Source: Neocallimastix sp. 'constans' (Eukaryota). Taken from it: a stretch of DNA of 64,000 bases. The notes under the pieces were generated by a model. The model was given only the letters and a program-made list of their open reading frames with translations. It was not told the DNA's origin and did not search any database. A program made the translations under genes and the position numbers. Shown piece by piece: positions 26,850 through 37,640 of this stretch. The stretch lies in contig JBODTK010000120.1 of NCBI GenBank assembly GCA_050613775.1, forward strand, positions 372,001 to 436,000, given 5' to 3'. The number at the start of each line of letters is the position of its first letter. Position 1 is the stretch's first letter.

Positions 26850-27523
26850 CGTTTATTGTTTCTAATTTCCTTCCTATTTTTCTCAACAATTGCTCTCAAT
26901 TTTGGGCAATTGTTTTGATAATGACCTGGTTCTTTACAGAAATAACAAGCCTTTATTGTTAAACTTCTCATTTTTCTTGTTAATTCCTCTATGTCATTAT
27001 CTTCTTTAGGTTTAATATTAACTTTTTGTTCTAATTTATTTTTAATAGGAGGATGAAAATTAACTCTATTATTAAAAGAAGATATATTTGCAGAAGGTGA
27101 AGGGGTAGAAGGATGTCTTCTTTGATTACTACCCATATAATTTAACCTATCTGCTTTTTCAGCAATTTTAAAGGCTTTTGACAGAGAAATGTTATCAAAT
27201 AAGGTTAGACGTTTCCAGGCTTCAACATTGTTTTCAATGGAGTCTGTGTAATCTAAAACACTTATCTGACTTCTTTTCTTTTTATTTAATTTTAAATATA
27301 AAGTTTTATACTTAATATTAAAATCTTTGATTCTTTCATTTCTCTTAATTCTGAGAGCACGTAACTCTCTTAATAAATTATTTTAATCCTCCCTAATGCC
27401 ATAAAATCCTTCTATAGCTTTTACAATTCTATTAAGGGAAGGATAAGCCTTATTCTTTTTATCAATTTCTTTATCTTCTTCATTATCATCATCCTCATCT
27501 TCATCATTAATATCCTTATAATT

Positions 27524-27560
<37 letters not shown>

Positions 27561-27790
27561 CTATCATCATCTTTATTATTATCATCCATTAATTCTTGGA
27601 TGACTTTCCTGGTTTCACCAATTGAGGTTAAAACACAGGCATAAAATATAATCTTGGAGTCTTCAACATGTTCAAGCTTTATCCAAAGCTCTAAATCAGA
27701 CTTCCAAGTTTTAACATCTAAATTTTCTTTGGATATTTTTTCAATATCCTTAAGTTCCTTTTTTAAATCTTTAAAATTAATTGTACTCAT
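26840..27790 (-). pseudogene. gag: E2 gag with CCHC zinc knuckle and one in-frame TAA
   Basis: ORFs 27383-27790 and 26840-27136 are in one frame. TAA at 27383-27385 aligns to Gln of E1 (EDQNMLLRELRALR). The knuckle reads CYFCKEPGHYQNNC. Confidence 0.9.
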
Positions 27791-28159
27791 TTTAAAAAAA
27801 ACACACTTTTAAAAAAAAATAAAATAAAAAATTGTTTTATTAATTATTTAATTGCTATATTTTTATTTATTTATTTATTTATTTACAATTAAAATTATAT
27901 ATTTAAGTAATTTATATCTCTAGTGAGACGTTTCCGGCTAGTGTATATTTAATTTTGCTATATACACCCGTACTCCCCCTCCTGGACACTAGAATAAATA
28001 TAAATTAATAAACTAGTTGGAGTGTTCACTATTCTTTCAAGCTAATAACCCCTTTCGTTTATCTTTACTTAAATAAAAAAAAATATATACAATTATTTAC
28101 AAAAAAAATTTTTTTTTTTTTAATATAGCAATTAAAAATATTTAAAAACACAAAAATTA

Positions 28160-28203
<44 letters not shown>

Positions 28204-28786
28204 TTATTTATTTATTTGTTATCGGTTATTATTACAATATTTACAATTACAATTACAATTACAATTATTATTAAGTTTATATAATTACAACTTAAAAAAA
28301 CAAATAAACTTAATTAAAAACAAGGTAAATTAACAAACCTAATACAACTTGAAAAACCGCTATCTATTACAACTGCCGACCACGCAGAGGGACCTTAGTA
28401 TTTCGGTATACTAAGTGAATTTGCCTGAGTCAAGTGGAGGAGCACCCAAACCGTGTTGAACGTATAATGGGTGATCTATAGGGTAATTTCTGCTTCCCAA
28501 CAGTATTTACCGCTATATCTAATCGGGGTTCGATTAGTTCGTAACCGGCCCCTCTCCAAACACCTGATTAAACCACTCGCAATTATAGAATTATCTATAA
28601 CTGCTTAGTACGCAGTAAACTCAGTATATAGTTTTATTTGGAGCACGCGAAGACCAAATAAAACTGATGTTAATTTTTATTACTACCACAACAACAACAA
28701 TCACAACAACAACACCAACCACAACAACAACACAAAAACCGATAACAATAAAAAAAAAATTTGATGATGATGATTGTAAAAGTGTG

Positions 28787-28840
<54 letters not shown>

Positions 28841-28932
28841 TAATTTAATTTAATTTAATTCTATTAAATTTAATTTAAAAAAAAATTATTCTCATAATTC
28901 CAAAAAAAAATAAGTCCTAGTAGTTCCAATTT

Positions 28933-29171
28933 CCTTCTTGGTCTTCTTCTTGGTCTTCTTCTTGGTTTTCTTCTTGGTTTTCTTCTTGGTTTTCTTCTTG
29001 GTCTTCTTCCACTTGGTTTTCTTCTTGGTTTTCTTCTTGGTCTTCTTCCACTTGGTTTTCTTCTTGGTCTTCTTTTTCTTGGTCTTCTTCCACTTGGTCT
29101 TCTTCCACTTGGTCTTCTTCCACTTGGTCTACTTCTTGGTCTTCTTTTTCTTGGTCTTCTTCCACTTGGTC

Positions 29172-29203
<32 letters not shown>

Positions 29204-29221
29204 CTTCTTCTTCTTCTTCTT
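28933..29221. repeat. Compound 12/15-bp minisatellite plus (GAA)n directly downstream of the E2 PBS
   Basis: Minus-strand units GAAGAAGACCAA, GAAGAAAACCAA and GAAGAAGACCAAGTG, preceded by roughly 15 GAA triplets. Confidence 0.9.
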
Positions 29222-29238
29222 CCCCGATATCTCCACCA
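29221..29238 (-). promoter_or_regulatory. E2 primer-binding site (tRNA-Ala)
   Basis: TCCCCGATATCTCCACCA on the plus strand, 4 nt (ATTT) from the 5' LTR. Confidence 0.87.
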
Positions 29239-29242
29239 ATTT

Positions 29243-30265
29243 TGGTAGACTCGGGGTTGACACTTAGATATTTAAAATCAAGCAGGGGGGGACGGGTATT
29301 ACCCTGCTTTGATTTTAAAAAAAAAAAAAAAAATAATTCTATATTAAAAATTATTTATTTTTTTTTTTTATTAATATAAAAGTTTTTTATTTAAAGTACA
29401 CACATTTAATTTTTAAGAAATTGTTACAATATTTATATTTTTTTATAAATTTAAAGTATAATTAATTGTTTATAATTTAAGTAATTTTATAGAATTATTG
29501 AATTAATTTTATATCAATAATTCATTTTTGTTTTAATTTTTATAAATATAATAATATAATATTCAAATATAATTTAATTAAAAATAATTATAAAATAAAT
29601 ATATAGAAAATAGTTTTTACTATTTTCTTTGATATTTTTAAGTTAAATAAATTGTTTTTAAAGATTAATATAATAAATTTAATAATCTTTAATTATTTTA
29701 AATAATACTTGTAATTATTTTCAAAATAAAATAAAATTTTTATAATATTTAATTAATAAATTTGATAATATTTAAATAATAATTTTTATAATAAGTAAAA
29801 ATTTTTAATAATAATTTTTAATAATAAATTTAATTAATAATCTTAATAATTTTATAATAATATTTAATAGTTATAATAAATAAATTTTTATAATAATATT
29901 CAATAATTTTAATAATTTTATAATATTAATAATTTATAATAATTTTTAGAATAATATTTAATTAATAATTTTAATAATTTTATAATAATTTTTATAATAA
30001 TATTTAATTAATAGTTTTAATAATTTAGTATCTTAAAAGTATAATTTTAATATTTACAATTGTATTTTAATATATACATATATTTAATAATATAACAATA
30101 AAGTAATTAATTAAAATTTATTTACATTATTTACAAGTGTAAATTAATTTATATCAAAATAAATTAAATTTACAATGAGGTTTAGGTTATGAAGAATATA
30201 GGAAAGTACAATTTAGTAAAGAATTATTAATAATAAAATAAAGGTTATTAATTCATTCTTTACCA
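29243..30265 (-). repeat. E2 5' LTR (1023 bp)
   Basis: Direct repeat of 21750-22770. Confidence 0.95.
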
Positions 30266-30288
30266 AAATATCAATAGGAAACAGAGGT

Positions 30289-30360
30289 GGCTCAATGGTT
30301 TAGTGGTATAATTCTCGCTTAGGGTGCGAGAGGTCCCGGGTTCAATTCCCGGTTGAGCCC
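30289..30360 (+). tRNA. tRNA-Pro(AGG), intronless, 72 nt
   Basis: Acceptor stem GGCTCAA/TTGAGCC, A-box TGGTTTAGTGG, anticodon arm CTCGC-TTAGGGT-GCGAG, T arm CCGGG-TTCAATT-CCCGG. Confidence 0.97.
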
Positions 30361-30368
30361 TCTTGTCC

Positions 30369-30374
30369 TTTTTT
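30369..30374 (+). terminator. Pol III oligo(T) terminator
   Basis: T6 run 8 nt after the tRNA. Confidence 0.75.
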
Positions 30375-30402
30375 CCAACTTTAGATCATTGAAAATAATT
30401 TT

Positions 30403-30462
<60 letters not shown>

Positions 30463-30678
30463 TAAATAGAATAATAATAAACTTTAATAGATCATAATAA
30501 ACTTTAATAGACATATTAGAATTTAAAAAAAAATATTATATTTTTGTAAAGAAATTAAGATAAATATAGATTAATTAGTTTTCTGAAATTCATTATTTTT
30601 CATTTTTTTATTATTCAATTTAAATAATATTAATAATAAGATATATTTTTTAAATTTTTAATTAATATAATTTTGAAA

Positions 30679-31320
30679 ATGGTTAAAACAAATGAACAAT
30701 TCAAAGAAATGACAATAAATGAATTCGATAAAACTGACGAGACATAGGTAAGTGATAATATTGGACTTTTTAATATGTATAAAGATGATTATCCATCAAT
30801 TTTTTAGAAGAAATTGAAAAAGTTGTATTTGAAATATTATTAGATACTAATGATTTCTTTAATTAAAAGGAAAATATTCAAATAAAAAAAAATATATACT
30901 AGCATTGATTTATCACGTAAAATGATAGAATAAGCTAATAAAAAAAAAAAAAAAAAAAAAAGAATTTAATAGTTGGTGTTTTTGAAAACTTAATCATTTG
31001 ATAAAAACAGTTTTGATATTGTTATTACTTCAATAAGTTTCCATTATTATCCAAAAAAAATTACTTTAATAGTATTGATAAAGTATTAAAATCAGAAGGA
31101 ATACTTAATTTAAGAGATAATGCTTCCAATAAAGTCTTTTTATGGTTAGCGAATAACATTAAAACGACGCTTGGTAATCTTATGAGATATGGTAATATAA
31201 AAATCTATTTCTTGATGAACTTAAAGAATTTTGTAATAAAGCAGATTTAATTTTTGAAAAATTAGAACAACAACAACAAAAAAAAAAAGAAGACTTCATT
31301 TAGTTGCTACAAAGAAATAA
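30679..31320 (+). pseudogene. Decayed copy of the class I SAM-dependent methyltransferase
   Basis: Begins MVKTNEQFKEMTINEFDK and ends RLHLVATKK*. It has frameshifts, stops and a deletion of the GCGT SAM-binding motif; its flanks are duplicated with those of 33243-33884. Confidence 0.9.
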
Positions 31321-31922
31321 AACTTTGAAATAAATATTTTTATATAAATATTTTTTATATATTTTAAAAATATTTATCAAATAAATAATAAATCGAATTA
31401 ATTAGTTATTTATTTATATACAAAATAAATAAATAAATAAATAAATAAAAAAAAAAAAAAAAAAAAAAAAAAAACTTTAATAAAAAATTTATAATATCCA
31501 TTTATTAAAACTAATATTAATAATAATAAAAAAAAATATTAAAAATATTAAAAATTAATATTATTTTAAATGGAAATAAATAATAATAATACTAATAATA
31601 ATAAAAAGAAATAATCTAAATAATTTTAATAAAAATATAATTTTCATTAATCCATATTATAAATATGTAAATTAATAATTATAAATATATTTTAAATAAA
31701 TATATGTATGTTTAAAAAAAATTTTTTTTATATCTTATTTTTTGTTATAAAATGATAATATAAAATATTTTTTTTTCATTCATTTTATGGTAATATTCAA
31801 TATAATATTTTTTTTTATTGAAAATTTTACATTCTACTTCAAAAAATAATTATAAATATTAAAATTAAATAAATAATAATAAATAAAATAAAACTGTATA
31901 AAAAGTATTTGTATATATTATA

Positions 31923-31956
<34 letters not shown>

Positions 31957-33242
31957 TTTTTGTATCAATATTTTTAATTTATTTAATAATAATTATGAAA
32001 ATACTTATCCACAAAATTTATATAACATAATAAAATTTATTCATACTTAAATTATCCTTTTTTTAAATTTAATTATTAAGAATATTATGAATAAATTGAT
32101 ATTAATTTTACATTTATTATAATTGTTTTAAAAAATATAAAAAAATTTATGGCGTTAAATTACATTAATGTAAAAGTCATATTGTATTTTTTCTAATAAA
32201 ATGATTCTAATATACTTAACAGATACTTTACATTTTTTTTTTTTTTTTTTTATATTATTAACTAATTCTGTATTTTTTAATAAAAATGATTCCAATACTT
32301 TTAATTAAACTATAAAAAAATAAAATATTTTAGATATTATTATTAATATTAACTAATTTATTATTTATTTAATTATTTATTATGAATAATGTAGTTTTAA
32401 TTATTTAGTTTCCTTTTTAATTATAAAACGTTTTATAAGAAAATATATTATTTTTAATTAATTTTTATTCATACTTAATTATCTTTTTTTTATATTTAAT
32501 TATTTATTATGAATAATTAATTACATATTGATTATAATTGTTTTAAAAAAATATAAAAAGAATTTTTGGTGTTAAATTACATCAATATAAAAGCCATATT
32601 GCATTTTTTTTTAATAAAAATGATTCCAATTTACTTAACATTTTTTTTACTATTAACTAATTCTGTATTTTTTAATAAAAATGATTCCAATTCAGTTATT
32701 TAAACTATAAAAACAAATTATTTTTGATATTATTTGTTATTAATATTAATTATTCATTTATTATAATTGTTTTAAAAAATATAAAAAAAAATTTATGGCG
32801 TTAAATTACGTCAATAAAAAAAAAAAAACACATTTAACCAAATAACCAAATAAAAGTGACAAAGTAATTTTATATTTTTTTCTTTCTTCTTCTTTTTTCT
32901 TCTTTTTTCTTTTTTTTTTTTTTTTTTTTTTTTAAAAAAGTGTTTTCGAAGAAAATAATTTATTTTTTATATATTAAAGAATAATCTATTTTCTTTTGAT
33001 CTAAATTATTGGATATTTTTTTTTTCAAATTATAATAGTTTGAATTAATTATTAATTTTTAAAAACTTTACATTAAAACAATGGATATTAAAATAAATAT
33101 AAAAAGATATATATATTGATTTCATATAAATAAAAAGTTATTATCCTTTTTTTTTTTTTATTCTTTCATTTTTTAAATATTCAATTTTAATAATAATAAT
33201 ATATATTTATATATTTTTTTTAATAATAAATATAATTTTAAA

Positions 33243-33884
33243 ATGGTTAAAACAAGTGAACAATACAAACAATTAACTATAAAAGAATTTGATAAAGCTG
33301 CCGAGAACTATGAAGGTGATACTTTGATTTATAAAATGTGTAAAGATGATTATCTACCAATTTTAGAAGAAATTGAAAAGTGTTCATTTGAAACATTATT
33401 AGATGCTGGTTGTGGTACAGCTCCAATGATTTCATTACTAAAAGAAAAGTATCCTGATAAAAAATACACTGGCATTGATATATCTCCAAAAATGATAGAA
33501 AAAGCAAACAGTAAGAATTTAACAAATACAAAATTTATAGTTGGTGATTGTGAAAACTTACCATTTGATGAAAACAGTTTTGATATTGTTATTACTTCAC
33601 AAAGTTTCCATCATTATCCAAATCCTCAAAATTACTTTAATAGTGTTTATAAAGTATTAAGACCTGGCGGTAAATTTATTTTAAGAGATAACACTTGTAA
33701 TAAATTCATTTTACAGGCTTTTAATAAAATAGAAATTCCAATCATTAATTTTATGGGATATGGTGATATAAAAATGTACACACTTGATGAAGTTAGGGAA
33801 TTTTGTAATAAGGCAGGTTTAATTGTTGAAAAATTAGAACAACAAAAAAAAAGAAGACTTCATTTAGTTGCTACAAAGAAATAA
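33243..33884 (+). CDS. Class I SAM-dependent methyltransferase (Methyltransf_11/UbiE-like), intronless
   Basis: Motifs LLDAGCGT, TGIDIS, GDCENLPF and SFHHYPNP...VLRPGG in an intact 213-aa ORF. Confidence 0.93.
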   Translation: MVKTSEQYKQLTIKEFDKAAENYEGDTLIYKMCKDDYLPILEEIEKCSFETLLDAGCGTAPMISLLKEKYPDKKYTGIDISPKMIEKANSKNLTNTKFIVGDCENLPFDENSFDIVITSQSFHHYPNPQNYFNSVYKVLRPGGKFILRDNTCNKFILQAFNKIEIPIINFMGYGDIKMYTLDEVREFCNKAGLIVEKLEQQKKRRLHLVATKK

Positions 33885-35498
33885 AACTTTGAAATAAATA
33901 TTTTTATATAAATATTTCAATTTTAAAAGTATTTATCAAATAAATAATAAATCAAATTAATTAGTTATTTAATTATATACAAAATGAAAAAAAAAAAAAT
34001 ATTTTTATATAAATATTTCAATTTTAAAAATATTTATCAAATAAATAATAAATCAAATTAATTAGTTATTTAATTATATACAAAATGAAAAAAAAAAAAA
34101 ATTTAATTAAAAATTTATAATATCCATTTATTAAAACTAATATTAATAATAATAAAAAAAATATTAATAAAAATATTAAAAAATATAAAAAATTAATAAT
34201 ATTTTAAATGGAAATTAATAATACTAATAATAATAAAAAGAACTAATCTAAATAATTTTAATAAAAATATAATTTTCATTAATCCGTATTATAAACATAT
34301 AAATTAATAATTATAAATATATTTTAAATAAATATATATATATGTTTAAAAAATATATATATATATATATATATATATCTTATTCTTTGTTATAAAATGA
34401 TAATATAAAATGATTTTTTTTTTAATCATTTTATCTTTAATATTCAATATAATATTTTTTTTATTTTTTTTTATTGAAAATTTTACATTCTACTTCAAAA
34501 AATAATTATAAATATTAAAATTAAATAAATAATAATAAATAAAATAAAACTGTATAAAAAAATTTGTTTATATTATATATATACATTTTTTTTTTTTTTT
34601 TTTTTTTTTTATTAGTATTTATTAAATTATTTATCCGCAAAATTTATACATCAAAAAAAATTATTATTATGGGATTTTATAAACTTTAAAATTTTATTAA
34701 CACTAAATGAATTAACTTTTTGAAACTAATTTAACTATAATTTAATAAACTATAAAACTTTTTTTTTCTCTAATTATTAAATAATATGAAAATAAAATAA
34801 AAATAAAAAAAAAAAAATTTAAAATTTTAGTATAAAATAATATATATAAAATAAAAAAATTAATAGAAATATTCTTTAATCAATAATATATATATTATTC
34901 TAAGATGTTTATATATTATTAGTGACTGACTAATATTTTAATATTTAATTATTAATAATATTAATACTAATAAGACATATAATATAAACTGTTTATTATT
35001 ATTATTTTTTTTTAATAGAAAAAAATTGATAAAAACATACTTAATCAATATTTAAAAATTAGTTTATATTTTTATAAAATAAATAAAAAAAAGAAAATAT
35101 ACTGATTCCATATTTAATTATTTTTTAATAATTTTTTTATAAATTATTTTAAAAAATATACATATCTATTCATACTAATAATAAATTCCTTTTTTTTTCT
35201 TAATAAAAAAATAATAATAATAATTTTTAATATCAATTTCAAAAAAAATTTTTACATGATGGATTTAATAGAATTATATATTTAATTTTTAATAATAAAA
35301 AATATTTATAAATTCATAATTAAAAAATTAAAAATATAGTAATTTTCATTAAAATAATGATATTTATTAAAAATATTTTTCCTTTGAAATATTAAAATAT
35401 GAGTTTTTGGCTCATTTTTTCTTCATTTAATATTGATGATAGAAATAATACAATATATATGTATATTTTTCTTATCATATAATAAATGTAATATAAAA

Positions 35499-35634
35499 AT
35501 GGTTAAAACAAGTGAGCAATTCAAAGAAATAACATTAGAAAAAATTTTGTAATAAAGCAGATTTAACTATTGAAAAACTAGAACAAAAAAAAAAAAAAAA
35601 GAAAGGACTTCATTTAGTTGCTACTAAGAAATAA
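35499..35634 (+). pseudogene. Third, internally deleted methyltransferase copy
   Basis: MVKTSEQFKEIT start joined directly to the C-terminal FCNKADLTIEKLEQ...LHLVATKK* segment. Confidence 0.85.
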
Positions 35635-35980
35635 ATACTTTAAAATAAATATATCAAATAAAATTTCCTATAATCCATTAATAAATTAATAAATAACAAT
35701 AATAAATTTTATAAATTAGTAATTTAAAATATTATTATGTTCTAATTAGACAAATAATATTTATTTTTTTTATTATTAATTCTGTTTTTTTTTTTTTTTT
35801 TATTTAAAAAAAAATATTCATATAATTAATAAATGAATAAATAAATAAAGTTTAAAGTCACAATAACTGCGGCTGTAGAAAATATATATATATATTTCGT
35901 TATGTTATTTTACAAAAAAAATTTTTTTAAAAAAATAAAGTGTTAATTACAAATATTAATAAATAAAATTTATATAAACA

Positions 35981-36845
35981 ATGAATACTTCTACATGCTT
36001 TTAGATTAAGAGTCTATCTATTGCTAAAATCAAGATGAACACCAGTTATATTCTTAGTAATGAAGACAAGCTTAATGAATCCCTCTTTGAAGATTGGGAA
36101 ATGTAAATCTTCTGGTTTAATGAAGTCGCAAAAGACGAAGAAGATACATCCAAGGATGAACTGGAAGAAATTATCAAAAATGGAAGGACTAACTTTCTCA
36201 ATTTAAATTAACAGTATCTTTAAAAAAAAAAAAAAAGTGAGCGAAAAGGTTCCTAACTTAACGAAACCGCATGAAGTTATGAAAAATTTAAAGAAAGAAT
36301 ATGATAAAAAGAGAAATCTGATGACAATGACTCTTTGGATTGACAAATTATCTATCAAAATTTAAAGGCTAATAATGTTATCGAATGCATTGATATCCCA
36401 AATGACATTAAAGAGATCTCTGTACATAAGTAATCTAAAAAAAAAAAAAAATTAAGTTTATAATAAAATCTTTACCTGATGAATTATAGCTAATATTCTC
36501 GAAGTAATCCATTCAGATTTAATAGAACCAATTAATAAATAATTTCAGGAAAAAAAAGTTTATTCTCACAATTATAGATGAATTCTCTAGAAAAAAAAAA
36601 GCTGGATATTCCTATTAAATAGAAAATCTAAAGTTCCCAAAAATTACTATAAAATTCTTCAAATATCTCAATAACCATTTTGATTATAAAATAAAATCAT
36701 TTAAAGCTGATAAAACAGAAGGAAATTTAAGATTAAAAAGGTTGAAAATTATTGAAAAAATAATGGTATCAAGAAAATATACTCATCTCCGTACAACCCA
36801 CAAAACAATGATAAAGCTGAGAGATTTAACTACACAATTGTAAAT
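35981..36845 (+). mobile_element. Degenerate Ty1/copia-like remnant (gag-like and integrase core fragments)
   Basis: Translatable fragments WIFLLNRKS, YLNNHFDYKIKSFKAD and NGIKKIYSSPYNPQNNDKAERFNYTIVN resemble the copia integrase pattern KIK.LRSD...PYTPQQNGVAER. Many stops and frameshifts. Confidence 0.7.
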
Positions 36846-37110
36846 TAATAACAATAACTAATAATAATTATTATAAATAATAAAAATAATAATTAATGAG
36901 AAAATAGTAAATCTCATACATATATAAAAAATAAATCGTTTTTGTAAAAATAATAATAATAATAATATAGAATTTTAGGATAATAGAATATTAGTAGTTT
37001 GATGAAACTATGTATATACTATCATCATATCATCATATAATATAAACAAACAAACAAACAAACAAACAAACAAATAAATAAACAAATAAATAAACAAATA
37101 AATAAACAAA

Positions 37111-37181
<71 letters not shown>

Positions 37182-37284
37182 ATATATAAATAAAATAATA
37201 AAAAAATTTTTTTTTTTTTTTATTATTTTTACTATCTAGCATTTTATTTATATAGGATAATTTTTTTTATTTTAATTAATATTT

Positions 37285-37640
37285 ATGGTATTACAATCTA
37301 TCTTCAAAGAAATGTTTATGATATCTATGATACTTCAATTATTAACGCATTAACACATATTAATGCGAATTAAATTGATACTTAAAACTCTGATCATAAA
37401 AATATATAAATATATATTGTAATAAACTTATCTTATTCATATTATTTATATCGAAAAAGTACTGGAGAAAAACAATTTTTATTACAATTTAATTAAAAAA
37501 TTAAACAATAATGATGTTGTATTTGTTGTTTTTTCTGGAAATTCCAATACTGTAATTGATGATAAATATTATCTATACTTATTCGATAAAATGTTACTGG
37601 TGTAGGTTCTATTGATAATCTTAGAATAAATGAAGATTAT
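37285..37640 (+). pseudogene. Subtilisin (S8)-like peptidase remnant
   Basis: Fragments IINALTHI, IVINLSY, NDVVFVVFSGNSN (cf. VVVAAGN) and NVTGVGSIDN (cf. NVITVGA) appear in the expected order; frameshifted. Confidence 0.5.

Larger units (their letters stand above)
21750..30265 (-). mobile_element. Full-length Ty3/gypsy LTR retrotransposon E2 (family B), 4-bp TSD AAAT
   Basis: LTRs TGGTA...TACCA, PBS, PPT, gag and pol. AAAT lies at 21746-21749 and 30266-30269. Confidence 0.97.
21193..30273. mobile_element. Solo LTR C2 (21193-21749 plus 30266-30273), split by E2 close to its right end
   Basis: Near-identical to C1. Removing E2 and one AAAT restores ACCATAAAATATCA. Flanks are ACAG (21189-21192) and ATAG (30274-30277). 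Confidence 0.9.

Noticed and set aside
11897..27385. TAA reassigned to Gln, since all three in-frame TAA align to Gln
   Set aside because: Host genes here (methyltransferase, ANK-HECT, ankyrin, LST2-like) end at TAA and their long frames contain no internal TAA; C>T mutation is the simpler explanation.
28917..29267. EEDQ-repeat and VFFL-repeat ORFs as extra retrotransposon genes (env-like)
   Set aside because: No ATG start, both arise from a triplet-phased minisatellite, and E1 has no counterpart.
19613..30273. C1 and C2 as the two LTRs of one element
   Set aside because: C1 has its own TTCT TSD, and the DNA between the copies is fully explained by the E1 terminus and solo LTR D; there is no PBS or PPT for such an element.
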